Source: Eukaryota sp. TZLM1-RC (taxonomy: Eukaryota; Protista; Metamonada: BaSk clade). From it: a DNA stretch of 64,000 nucleotides. Made by a program: the position numbers and the translations under genes. Below, piece by piece: positions 38,985 to 50,174 of the stretch (position 1 is its first letter; every line of letters begins with the position of its first letter). The stretch spans positions 2,170,001-2,234,000 of the forward strand of contig JAUPSS010000002.1 in the NCBI GenBank assembly GCA_040285825.1. The letters run 5' to 3'. Below the pieces are notes generated by a model. The model was not told where the DNA came from, did no database searches, and worked only from the letters and a program-made list of their open reading frames with translations.

Positions 38985-39334
38985 TTTATTGAATTTGCAT
39001 GCTTAATTAAATTAACTCATAACTAATGGGACGACTATCATTGAACCAGGAGGTTTTTCATCTACAATGCGTTTGTGCTGTTCTATTTGGCCTGAGAACG
39101 AGAAATTAATTAACAATGAAATGGATTTATTTTGCAATTGACCAATTCAGTGATTCTTGACATCTAATTCAGATGAAACATTGTAAAAATCCAAAACTTT
39201 TGAGGTATTCAACGAATTCTCCCAATCCTCAGATGATCTGAGTCAGATCCATGCGAGGCATGGAACTCGGAGAAATTGCTTATATTCCAATTCCTATGAA
39301 TATTGTTGGATATTCCGCAAATTCCGGAATCCTG
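38985..39334 (+). mobile_element. Dispersed repeat, probable hAT 3' end
   Basis: About 65 bp near-identical to the reverse complement of 42978-43042. Ends in CCGGAATCCTG. Confidence 0.5.
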
Positions 39335-40378
39335 TTGTAATTGAAATAAGAATTAACAATTTTTGTAAACAGAATGTGTGTTTTTCATTTGTGAGACGTA
39401 CGTACACCCTGTCGAACTCATGAAATTAAGATTTCTTTTATTGCTTATTTATTGAAACATACAAAAGGAATATATCCTTCCTTTTGCCCCATTGCCAACA
39501 ATTTTTTCACTGCTGTACGTTTTATTTAGTTGTAACTCACCTTCTTCAGTAATTTACTTAAGCTACATTGATTAGTATCTATTGGTCAATTTAACAAAAT
39601 ATTTTTTTTAAACCCCGAAATGAACTAGTTGTTCAATAACTTGAGAAAACTCAGAAAATTGATTTCATCTACTACTCAATCCTCAATAATTCCTCATCAG
39701 TCGTAATTAAATACACAGGAAAAGTTCCCTCAAACCTCAAAGTTCTTGAGGATGGCCAATGATTTCATAAGGATTGTCCATTACACATATCTTTGACTTT
39801 CAATGTTTCCAGTATATGATTCTACAATTGTGGAACCTTCTATCCAAGTACATATTACTCGATTGGAACTGTTTATTGAACAAATATGGAAAGTTATGGA
39901 AAAAACAGCGTTGGGTCGAGGATCTAACGATTGAATTATTGGTCATGGACTGGAACTATGCTAAGTCAAAAAAAAGCTGCAATCTTCAGTCAGGTTACAT
40001 AATGAATTATAATCCGTCTATACAATCTTCTGATAATCTAAAAACAACAGAAGAAAGGAAAAGAGTTCTTCCAAAAGAATGAACCATTCATACACAAGGA
40101 CTCTAAACTAAGAAGACTGAACGGTTGTTGAAAGAGATATGTAAAGAAAAATTGATTGGTCTTTGTATTGAAGAGTAGCAAGATCGAAACCTTTGGCCAA
40201 ATATGGGGTAAATACAAATATGATCAAGAAAACTGGTACAAAAACTATTTATTGACAGAGCACTCAACTTTTTATTACACTAAACACTGTAAAAAAACAA
40301 ATAAATAATAACTAGGCAACACAAGCAAAAAATTCCCGAAAAATAACCTAGTTCAAAAAAACTCAATCAAACCCCCAA

Positions 40379-41713
40379 TCAAACCTTATTTTTTTGTTCT
40401 TTAAAACCATGGACCTGTTTCCCTATGAAACGTAAAATGTTTTCACCCATCTTGCCAGAAACTGTTCTGTTGCCTTGAGCTCTTTCCTGCTCAAAGACAG
40501 TTTTGTGAATATTTCTTACCAATATTTTAAATTCGTCCTTGTCAATTACTCCTGAACGGTAAAATCTATTCATTTTATCCTTAATGTAGCCAAGCAATTC
40601 ATCACTAAATCGCCTTTCATCTGCCTTAGGATCTACCGCTGAACTTGAACTCAACTGCTGATCAAACACCCAATCACTATCATCAATTTTAGCAGGTGTT
40701 GCCCAATGATTAGTTGTTGGAGCTGGTCTGGGGGGTTCCCTTGCATATGGGGTTCTCTCGGCCAACGGAGTGACTTGCTTATCTTGCTTTGGTGTTCCCC
40801 ATGGTTGAGGTTTGGATTGAGAGGGAGAAATTGTCCTTGTGGGACTCGGATCAACTGGTGGAGGTCTAACAGGGTGAGAAGAAGAGCCAACAGTGGAGGG
40901 AATAGCTTCTTCAGGTTTGAACTTCAACTTAGCCAACCGTGACGGATGAATACCAGGAGGTGCACCAGAGGCCGCAGAAGGGGGAGGAGAAGGGCGTGAA
41001 GAAGGGCGTGAAGAAGGACGTGAAGAAGGACGTGAAGAAGGTGTTGTGGTGGTAGGTACTGTCTTGTCTGCCGTAAACTTAACCCTGTTGAGCCTTGATG
41101 GGTGAATACCAGGAGGGGCTTGGGTAACAGGGAATGATTGTTGAGGTTCTGGTGGTCTTGGTTCAGTACTGGCGACTCGTCTTTTATGTTGCCTGGCTGA
41201 GTCATCGTCCCGTGAACGTCTGGAACGGTCCCTAGGGTGGGAAGATGAGACAGAATGGTGTGAAGAGCGACTAGAGCGTTGTGAAGAACCCCAAGATTTA
41301 GAAGAATCTTGTGAAGAACCCCATGAGGATCTAGTAGAGGATCTACGACCACGATCCCTCCACGAGTTTCCGTTAGAGTTTGATGACTTTGCTTCTGGTG
41401 GCTTACCACGTGTAGTTGACTGTGTAGCTTGTTGGCCCCATGAAGATATGGGCTGGGAAGATGAGGTCCGTGATGAAGACGAACTGTGACTTCCCCAGGG
41501 TTCAGAAACTGGCCATAATTGAGAAGATGAATGAGTATTATTGGAAGAGTGGGAAGGGAGTGATGGAACACTGGTTGTTGATTTAGGGAAGCTATGGGTT
41601 CCCCATGCTGGTTTTGGACTTACATGACTGTGGCTTTGTTGTCCAGGGGAACGTAGTTCACCATCTTCAGGTGGAGACAACATCAAAATTGAAATTCCTT
41701 CTGTAGTTTTCAT
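40379..41713 (-). CDS. Ser/Pro/Arg-rich protein with C-terminal SRI (Set2-Rpb1-interacting)-like domain
   Basis: Low-complexity body with PPGIHPSRL twice and SSRP repeats. C-terminus ELLGYIKDKMNRFYRSGVIDKDEFKILVR. Confidence 0.7.
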   Translation of the reverse strand: MKTTEGISILMLSPPEDGELRSPGQQSHSHVSPKPAWGTHSFPKSTTSVPSLPSHSSNNTHSSSQLWPVSEPWGSHSSSSSRTSSSQPISSWGQQATQSTTRGKPPEAKSSNSNGNSWRDRGRRSSTRSSWGSSQDSSKSWGSSQRSSRSSHHSVSSSHPRDRSRRSRDDDSARQHKRRVASTEPRPPEPQQSFPVTQAPPGIHPSRLNRVKFTADKTVPTTTTPSSRPSSRPSSRPSSRPSPPPSAASGAPPGIHPSRLAKLKFKPEEAIPSTVGSSSHPVRPPPVDPSPTRTISPSQSKPQPWGTPKQDKQVTPLAERTPYAREPPRPAPTTNHWATPAKIDDSDWVFDQQLSSSSAVDPKADERRFSDELLGYIKDKMNRFYRSGVIDKDEFKILVRNIHKTVFEQERAQGNRTVSGKMGENILRFIGKQVHGFKEQKNKV

Positions 41714-41758
41714 TTGAAATGCATACTTTCTTCAAGCATCATTCAAACTTATTCCAAG

Positions 41759-42650
41759 CAGAGTTGCACCCTCAACGAAAGTGCGTTTTTTCGTCAGAGC
41801 TGCGTTTTTCTTTCAAATGAATATCCTAACTTTGGATGAAATTCTATACTATATGTAACAAGTAAACACATTGTAACAATAATATATTGTAAGACTAATG
41901 CACCAACAATAGATCAGTTCATTGCCTAACAAAATAGGACTCTCAATCTACTACTTCTTCTAACAGCTAACAGCAAACATTCAATACTTCAATACATTCT
42001 TCTGTCTTGTTGTCTTCTTCACAATCTTCTTCTTGAGGACCACTTGTCAGAAAATTATACACTGATATTAACTTGTCTACACGCTTCTCGGTGAGTCTAT
42101 TTCTACGCTTAGAATGAATCCAGTCATGTAGACTCCACAATCTCTCAACAGCAGAAGCAGACACAAATTGGGACACCACTCTTAATGCCTGTTTTTGAAG
42201 CTCAGGTGCGTCATAACCAAAGTGCTGCCACCAGATCATAGCATTAAAATTTTCTTTCTCTTTAAATAAATGTATCTAATGGTTTTTTATAGGAGTACCT
42301 TCAGATATAAAAGAGAGCCGTTTCTTTGCAGAAGGAAATAGTGTGTTAAGCTGAGTATTTAAAGGTTTCATTATTGTTTTTCAGGGAGCCTCCATGCAAA
42401 CAGAGATGTTGCTTCTCTCTCCTGGTGGAACTCCCACACTATGGTCTTTGATGCGTGTAGAGGAACCTGGAGTGTACTTCAAGGAACAATAAACACATTG
42501 GTGTGTGTAATTTTTTTCAATAGCGATAACTTCGGGTAAATCAAGATTTATTGTACAATCTGAGTCAGAGTCATCACAAGAAAGTTCTATAATGTAATCC
42601 CAAGCGATGTCTCGTTTGCAAGGCATGACAGAAGAGGAGAAGAAAAGATA
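41759..42650 (-). mobile_element. Internally deleted hAT transposon (BED finger and dimerisation domain)
   Basis: MPCKRDIAWDY...CVYC...TRIKDH (BED finger); WWQHFGYDAPELQKQALRVVSQFVSASAVERLWS...KRRNRL (hAT C-terminus); CAGAGTTG candidate terminus at 41759. Confidence 0.85.
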
Positions 42651-42829
42651 TTGTGGAATGAGAATTTTGTTTAAGAAATGGAACTTCAAATCAACAAAAA
42701 AACCCGTGGTCATCGATGCAGAGATCAGAGTAAATGTCGCCATGCCTGTTTTAAAGTCAATCTTGAACAGAAATTCTTGAAATTTCTCATGTTTGAAAAA
42801 ACAATCCAAGTAATACAATATGAGTAAAG

Positions 42830-43460
42830 TAAGAAAAAACAATGAAAAGATTTGATATTTTTTTATGGCGTTCACGGATTCAATTTGCCATTATTAATAG
42901 ATTACCTCGGTTTTTCAATCGAATAAGAGAAGCTTTAGCTAGACAGCAAGCAGATCAAGATCTTGTAGAGGAAATCTTGGTTCAATGATAGTCGTCCCAT
43001 TAGTTATGAGTTAATTTAATTAAGTGTGCAAATTCAATAAATACAGATGCATGTGAGTGATAAATATGTCTTTCGTGCAATTTTGTCATTATTAAGCACC
43101 ATCTCTTGAACAACTGTTTGGCCATTTAGGTCAGGAACTAAATTTCTGGGACGATATTTGATAATTTTCATTGAACTCAACCCTAGTTTAAGGTTTCAAG
43201 AATTAGTTAGTAGTCTCGAAAACCAAAAGAGCATCCTGAAAACAATAATAGAACAACTCTTCGTCTCTAGAAGACTAGGCATTTACAATGGTTAAGTTCC
43301 AGGCTGGACTGGGTTTTTCTTGCCCTTTTCTCGCCCAATCAGTTCATGCTTATCTTCTGTTTTCAGCCAACATGAAGCAACATTAGATAGACTATTTATA
43401 GTACGAGATAGGTAGAAATTGTTGCAAAATTGAAGAGTATCAGTAATTTTGAAATTTTAT
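42830..43460 (-). mobile_element. Degenerate second hAT C-terminal region and shared repeat
   Basis: LSSMKIIKYRPRNL resembles hAT FSxMxxIKxxxRNxL. The 3' part is shared with the 17.6 kb and 39.0 kb copies. Confidence 0.45.
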
Positions 43461-43480
43461 AAAGCTTCAATACAAATTTG

Positions 43481-44246
43481 TTTTTTTTTATTTTATTCAT
43501 TCAACAAGAAATATGAAAACATAAAATACACAATTAAAACTCCACATCCTCAAAACCTGTCTCCCCTACATCAAAACAATTAATTACTAAAGATTCAGAA
43601 AATTTCCCAAATGAAGAGAGTGAATCAGAAATTAATTTCACCATTCCCTTAAATATAGAAAAGACAATCGTGTTTTACCAGTAAACACGATTGAAAATTC
43701 TTCCAGTTCTTTCGTTTACAACTACAACAAAATCCTCAAGGAAAGCCATAACAGTCCTTACCTAGAAATCCAAGCAATGAAAAAACAAAGGGACATAAAT
43801 AATGTTGGACATGAGAAATTTCATTAACTGAGGAAAAGTGTTTTGCATATTTAGCAATTTTTTAATTTTCGCTTGCAAGAAGAGGATTATTTACATTCGA
43901 GTTAATGAGATGTTCGTTAGAACAATTACAAGGGTCAATAGACGTGGCGTCTAATATAGTAAAACTACCTTTTAAACCGGGAACAACTAGATCACCTCTT
44001 GTCAGACCCATAGAAGCTCTGTTGTAGCGCGTACTATCAATACTGGGGTCATCAAGAATTAAGTTTGATAACAACGGCTCCAAAAAGGAATCTACTTGAT
44101 ATGATTTGCACATTACATAAATTTGGTCCCTGACGTTATTTTGTACTTTGCTTCTAAATGTAATGAACAGTTTACAGTTCAAAAGATGAGTAAACAAAAG
44201 AGGTTTACCACACTTGCAAGTTAAATGATTGGGCAAATTGTCAATA
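43481..44246 (-). mobile_element. 5'-truncated CRE-like non-LTR retrotransposon
   Basis: CKC...HLLNC knuckle, RGDLVVP...LD RLE, poly-T (poly-A on minus) from 43481, 14-bp TSD TCAATACAAATTTG at 43467-43480 and 44247-44260. Confidence 0.9.
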
Positions 44247-44395
44247 TCAATACAAATTTGAATAAAATTTAAAATTTAAAATTTTAATTTTTAATGGTTT
44301 AGATAAATGGTCTTTATTTGAATAAACTCTTGTGGATAAATGATAGAGGACTTTTCAAAGAGCGTCAATCAAACTGTTTGATGATATTTGTTTAC

Positions 44396-44895
44396 GGTTT
44401 TTTATTTATTTTTAAAACTACAATCTAGATATCAATATCTTCAAAACAAGCTTCCACACCTGCAAACCGTACAACAACAATGTCTTCGTAATGTGCACTC
44501 ACAGACATCAAAGTTTTCGAACTAATTTATAGGACTTGTATTGAAAATAGTAAAAACAACACGATTTAACCACAAGCGACGATCAAAATGCTTATTCATT
44601 CTTCCTTTTACCAGATTTTCAAAATCATCAATAAAATTCATGGCAATTTTTCCAAGACGACCATACAACGATATAGCAAATAGGCAAATTTGTCAATCTA
44701 CATGGCGAAGATGTTTGAATTCTTTTAAAGGATTTGCATATTTTTTCCTTTTATACAATTCCGAATCAGCAAGAGGGGGTATTTCGGTTTGTGCATTTCT
44801 CAAGGCATTTTTTTGCAAACGTCCACTGTTACAACATCAACAATATTCAAAACATCATCAAATGAGGGTACAACAACATCAGCACGTCTTTTTCC
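44396..44895 (-). mobile_element. CRE-like non-LTR 3' fragment
   Basis: KRRADVVVP...IVDVVTVDVC...WLNRVVF...EACFEDIDI, followed by an A-rich tail. Confidence 0.75.
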
Positions 44896-44899
44896 ATAA

Positions 44900-46060
44900 T
44901 ATTTTTTGGTCTATGAATATTTTGACCTGCTTTCTTCTTCAGGTGTTAAACAGGGAGATCCTCTTGGTCCTCTTTTTCTTTTGTCTGGCGATTCATCCTT
45001 TAATGTGAGAATTAAAAGAAAATTTTCCAGAAATAGGTGTTGTAGCATATAAGGATAACATTTCACTCATTGCTCCTATTTCATTTCTCAAAAAAATAGG
45101 AACTTTTATTCAACAGCGTTATGAAGACATTAGTCTTGCATTAAATATTGCCAAATGTTTGATTATCGGCCATGTACCAATTGATTTTTCATTAATAACT
45201 ATTAATTGGTGGTGTTGAGGTCACTTTTCAAAGCTACATTTATTGGAAGTTTCAAAAATTTTATCTTTGATTTTGTGAATCGTTTTCCAAACAAAATTGA
45301 TCTCATTGAAAACTGTGGCAGCTCTTATCTTATTCCTTTGCAACAGCAAATTGATTCTTTTTCATCAAATATTTGGCCTCAATGTTTTCCCTCTTATATT
45401 GTGGAACTTCCTTCAAGAAGCTTGCTCTCCTTACCAATGACTTTTGCGAAATTGCAGTAAAAAATCTTGAAAGTTTTAGAAAACTTGAATTATATTGTAC
45501 GTCTTGACTTGGCCTAAGAAAAAATCCCGTTTTTGCAAAGTTTTTGATTGATTTTAAAGACAGTAGCTCAAGTGGCCTGATCTCCCAAGTTTCCAACATT
45601 TGTGTTGTTCTACTCAATGATCACCAATGGACCACCGCTATGAGAATGAGATGTTGTTTATGGCCTTGTTCGTTTCCAAATGATTTAATTTGTCGCTGTA
45701 AGAATGTGGTTACGCTTTCCCATATTTTGAACTGCAAAATTTTTTTTTTAAATTATTGCTCAATTGTTCCTGATTCAGTCCGTGATCAATTGTATGCTAT
45801 GTGTAGAAGTTTCAATATTGAGTCTTTTATTGAAGCGTTAGAACGTAAGCTGCCTCCAAATCAGACTGACGACTCTTTTGGTAAAAGAAGGGCAGATTTA
45901 GTAACTCCAGGGCTCGATGGTGTTCACAACGTTGTGGATGTTGTCTCAACCGATGTTTACAAAAATTCTGCTGTTCGTTTGGTGTATTCTGCTGATTCGC
46001 CACTATCCAACGCCGAAAAAAAGAAAATAAAAAAATCTGAAGAACCATTGGCACATTTAT
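44900..46060 (+). mobile_element. Degenerate CRE-like non-LTR retrotransposon (RT, knuckle and RLE)
   Basis: SSGVKQGDPLGPLFFCLAIHP...VAYKDN (decayed YxDD), CRC...HILNC, RRADLV. 45880-46058 is near-identical to 29300-29480. Confidence 0.85.
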
Positions 46061-46169
46061 GAAAAATTATATGTTGTGATAGACTAAAATTGCTTATTGC
46101 ATTTAATGGTTGTTCGTTAAGAAAAAATACCACTTTTGCAAATGAAACTCCTTTTGTTTGGATCACCTA

Positions 46170-46661
46170 ATGCTTTCTATTGACCTGAGCGACTATGAGC
46201 AAAACACTGAAGATATTATTACCATATCTTCGGGCGAAGATGATGTAATTGAAGTTGGCCAAGACCCACCTATGATTGGCGTATACAGACCTCCACAAAT
46301 GGTTCAAGGCCTATTAAGACCCTTCCCCATTAATTCTTACTCCCTACCTTATGGCCATTATCCTTACCAAAATCCTTCACCACCAGTGAGTCCTCCAGTA
46401 GTTTATAGAGAAATACCGGCAGCTGACGTAAAGATACCGGTCTGTGGGATCTGCCTAGACTCTCTTACCGCTGAGATCAACCCAGACACTGAAGAACCGG
46501 TTCAAACATTGATGACACAGTGTGGTCATTGTTTCCATAGACATTGTTTAGATAATTGCCCTCCTATTAAAAAAAATACTAGGTCTAGAATTAAAATGAT
46601 AAGTTGTCCAAAATGTCGATCTGAAGTCAATTGTTCAAAATGCATACCTGTTTATCTTTAA
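46170..46661 (+). CDS. RING-H2 E3 ligase with N-terminal SIM-like motifs
   Basis: CGIC...CGHCFHRHC...CPKCR, plus acidic-flanked IITI and VIEV motifs. Confidence 0.75.
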   Translation: MLSIDLSDYEQNTEDIITISSGEDDVIEVGQDPPMIGVYRPPQMVQGLLRPFPINSYSLPYGHYPYQNPSPPVSPPVVYREIPAADVKIPVCGICLDSLTAEINPDTEEPVQTLMTQCGHCFHRHCLDNCPPIKKNTRSRIKMISCPKCRSEVNCSKCIPVYL

Positions 46662-46800
46662 ACATTCAAAAAAAGTTAATATTTACCACATTTAGCTTTA
46701 TTAGAATATTCTTTATTATTGATTTATTTTCTTTCTTGTTCTTATTCTGCCATTTTCTTTTGTGACATTTTGCTCTTGCACTTAATATAACTGTGGTTTC

Positions 46801-48072
46801 TTACAATTGTAGTTCATGTAACAAACTTGGTGACGTACTGAGCTCAAAAATTGGGTGATTTTGAAAGACTTCAACGAAATCCAGAATATCTGTCACTAAT
46901 GCTATCAAATATGATGAACAGTCTTCTAAAGTATTTGTAATTTCTTGAATTTTGACCGACAATTTTGAACCTTTAAACTTGGAACTTTCGGTTATTAACT
47001 TATCTCTCACCACAACCCATTCATCTTTAGGAATCCTTGAAAATTGTTTCTTTAATTTTGACCTCAATAAAACTGAATAAAACAAATCAAATACACAAAT
47101 AGAATTAAAAGCAGAAATACTTTTTAAACTCAACAAATAAATACCACATTCAAAAGCTATTTTCCTCAATTTACCAAAGTTTTGAATCAAACATTGGAAA
47201 AAACGAGTGTTAAAATCATTATCTACGATAGACAACCGTATCAAACTCTGTAAATCAGAATCAATTTCCTTCAAGAAACAATTTGGTAAATTATCAGGAT
47301 TTAATTTAAAACAAATATTTGAGGATGAATACTGTTGACTATTAATAGTTAGAGTTTGAAAATAAAGCTGCAATTTTCTAAAGTTTCTAATGGACAATAG
47401 GCATTTTAAGTCACCAACACCAGGTAAAAAGGTATTAGGCAATGATAAATAGTAAATAAATAAATAATCAAATATAGTGTAAAAGCTAGACAACTCAATA
47501 AAAGGAAATGAAGGAGTTGACAATTTGATGGGTGACAAAGAGACATAAATCACCGGAATGGAAAGTTCTTCAAATTGTGGTGGTTCAGCAAGGTGTTTTG
47601 ATTGAACGTGAAAAACAATAATGGCTTTGAAAGGCAGAAGATCAAATAATCTGGTGAGATCAGAGAGTTTAAACTGAATAAGAGGGGTTGATGGAGTGAG
47701 CAGTGTGTGAAGAGAGTCGGCAAGTAGGGAGGAGAAGTTTTGTTGAAGATCAGAATCAACGGGAGTACACAATGGGAAAAAATCTGAATCAGAATAGAGA
47801 TTGTAGAGTAAGTGAGAAAGATGTTCCAAGAAAGCTACCGGTAAATGTCCAGTAACAAAAAGCGAGGTATTCTTGCACTGTGAGTTGTCCAAATGCTGGT
47901 TTAAGGAAGTTACAACAGGTTCAAGTAAAACCTTCTCCAAGTAATGATCCAGCACAGAGTTGAAGGCTGTACATAAAGGAATCTCAGGCATACACATATC
48001 CCAAAAGAGAAGCTGATCTTTTTCACTTTGATTTTTTTCCTTCAAATGCTCTCTATGAGCATCGTGAGCCAT
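46801..48072 (-). CDS. Uncharacterised protein (weak resemblance to the ORC3 N-terminus; true start may be near 47999)
   Basis: Intact 423-codon ORF with no confident motif. Confidence 0.55.
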   Translation of the reverse strand: MAHDAHREHLKEKNQSEKDQLLFWDMCMPEIPLCTAFNSVLDHYLEKVLLEPVVTSLNQHLDNSQCKNTSLFVTGHLPVAFLEHLSHLLYNLYSDSDFFPLCTPVDSDLQQNFSSLLADSLHTLLTPSTPLIQFKLSDLTRLFDLLPFKAIIVFHVQSKHLAEPPQFEELSIPVIYVSLSPIKLSTPSFPFIELSSFYTIFDYLFIYYLSLPNTFLPGVGDLKCLLSIRNFRKLQLYFQTLTINSQQYSSSNICFKLNPDNLPNCFLKEIDSDLQSLIRLSIVDNDFNTRFFQCLIQNFGKLRKIAFECGIYLLSLKSISAFNSICVFDLFYSVLLRSKLKKQFSRIPKDEWVVVRDKLITESSKFKGSKLSVKIQEITNTLEDCSSYLIALVTDILDFVEVFQNHPIFELSTSPSLLHELQL

Positions 48073-49181
48073 GTTTGTGTACTTTTGATACTGTGTTTTG
48101 CTGTGTATGCTTCTCAGTCATCTGTTCTGTTTCTTTATACTGGTACGTAGTTCTCTTGCTACTTATCTAAGGGGGGACTATCGGAATGAAGAAAATTAAT
48201 GGTTCTTTTGCCCCAGTTCCTGGCTATCTCGCCCAGTTACTCTCTGATTATCCTAATATCAATAATCCCGATTTAGGTGTAACTTATACCATTCTGGAAT
48301 ACAGTCCTCTTCTCGATTCCTCCAATATCAATTCTACACATTGGTCAGTTATTGCCAGGGACATTGAAAAATACTATACCAAATATGATGGTTTTGTTGT
48401 TATTCACGGTACTGATACTTTGGCCTACACAGCATCAGCTCTCTCATTCCTTCTTGAAAACCTTGACAAAACTGTTATAGTCACAGGTAGCCAAATACCA
48501 CTGGGGGAGAAATATTCTGATGGATGGAACAACCTTATTGGTAGTATGTTGATAGCAGGAAGACAAGAAATTCCTGAAGTTTCTGTGTTCTTTGATAACA
48601 AACTACTCCGAGGAAATCGGGTTCGAAAGTACTCAAATTGGGATCTTTCAGCATTCACTAGTGAACAATTTCCCATTCTTGGTCTTTGGGGTGGCTCTTT
48701 TAACCTTTATCCCCAGCATCTACTTCCGAAACCAACCAAACCATTTGCTCTTGCAAGTAGCGACATGAACTCCAACGTAGCAATTGTTTATTTATTTCCT
48801 TCAATTCAAGCTTCTTATTTGGAATCAATACTATCGTCAGGTATTAGGGGCTTAATTATAATGTCATTTGGAATGGGTAATGGCCCAGATGAAAACAAGG
48901 AGTTTATGCAGGTTTTGAAACAGGCCAATGACAATGGTGTAATTTTGATTGATGCATCTCAATGTTTTAGAGGTTTTGTAGATTTAGGTACATATGCTAC
49001 TGGAAGTTCAATGGCTAAAGTAGGTTGTATTGGGGCTTTGGATATGACCCCTGAAGCTGCGTTCACCAAACTTTCTTGGTTATTGGGTAGAGGACTGTCA
49101 ACTGAACAGATTAAGAAACTAATAGTACAGAATCTTAGAGGTGAGGTTACGGTAGCTGAAGAGGTGAAAGAAGTTTTTTAA
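48055..49181 (+). CDS. Type I-like L-asparaginase with signal peptide; two exons (48055-48142, 48172-49181)
   Basis: Splicing the GT-AG intron 48143-48171 restores LYTGGTIGM. Also HGTDT, TGSQIPL, RGNRVRK, DMTPEAAFTKL. An in-frame upstream ATG at 48046 is an alternative start. Confidence 0.9.
48143..48171 (+). other. 29-nt spliceosomal intron
   Basis: GTACGT...CTAAG; removal rebuilds the catalytic TGGT motif in frame. Confidence 0.88.
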
Positions 49182-49600
49182 AGTTTTTGAATTATTGTTG
49201 ACAATAATTGTTTTGGGAATGCTTCACAATGTTTGTCAGGGTTGTGTGTGTTATTTTTCTTGTAATTAATTTGTGTTTTTTGCTTTACTTTCCTTTGTTT
49301 TAATATATTTTTTATTTTTTTTAAATAAAGGGTCAAGCTTTTGTTCACTTCTGGAGAACCTCTTTGTACCATCTTTGACTTTGAATTTTACAGATAAGTA
49401 GTCAACCACTGCAATTAGTTTAAGTTCTCTTTCTAAGCTGTTCCATTGATCAGTTGTTGAAAACAAAGTATGAAATTTATTATAGAGTAGTTGAATGGAT
49501 ATAAATATGCGTCTTTTGGGTGTGCATAAAAGGTTACTTAAACGAGTTTTAATTCACAGAAAAATAGAAAACAATAGATAAAATAGAAAAACAAAATTCT

Positions 49601-50035
49601 TCAATGTTTTGCACGTTTACGTCTTTTCTTCTTCTTTCCACGATGTACTAACCTCTGAATATGGTCAAACTGTTTGAGGGCCTCTGTCGAATCATGATAA
49701 TAATCTGGCAATTGTAATAATTCAGTAGGAATTCCAGAAATTATTTGTTCCAGTTCTAAAATCATGGGTCTTATACCAAAAAATCGAGCTTCTGATAGAA
49801 CTTCGTGAAGGGTGCACTCAGCTGGTATCATGAGTCTTTCTGTCCTTAGATAATATAGTATAGATCTGAATGTTGAGGGGTTCCTATCAAGATATAGTGG
49901 CCTAGACCTATGTTCTTCTGGAATAGAATTTATCATTTTGGATAGTCTTGATCTACACTTGTTTAAAGTCTCAACACTGGTATATAGATTTGTTGTGCCT
50001 ACTTTGATGGTCAGTGGCGTGTAGCTCGTCTGCAT
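49601..50035 (-). CDS. KCTD/T1-type BTB/POZ protein
   Basis: IKVG...YTSVETL...LYLDRNPSTFRSILYYLR...EARFFGI. Confidence 0.9.
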   Translation of the reverse strand: MQTSYTPLTIKVGTTNLYTSVETLNKCRSRLSKMINSIPEEHRSRPLYLDRNPSTFRSILYYLRTERLMIPAECTLHEVLSEARFFGIRPMILELEQIISGIPTELLQLPDYYHDSTEALKQFDHIQRLVHRGKKKKRRKRAKH

Positions 50036-50174
50036 TATCGTAGAAACTAATGTAATGATTGACTACTAAGAAATCCTTGGTGGGCCAAAAACTATCGGAT
50101 ATCAGCTAATTAATCAATTAATTAATATTAATATAAGTAGTATTTGTTCACATAAACAAAAGTGAAAATAATTT

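Noticed and set aside
40976-41040. 12-bp tandem repeats here and at about 57150-57210 as CRISPR-like or regulatory arrays
   Set aside because: No spacers; they encode low-complexity SSRP and NQSD/NHQS peptides in frame.
38985-43042. Inverted ~65-bp repeats bracketing the SRI gene, as TIRs of a gene-capturing element
   Set aside because: No TSD. A third copy exists at 17.6 kb and the repeat appears to be the 3' part of a hAT-like element, so independent insertions are simpler.
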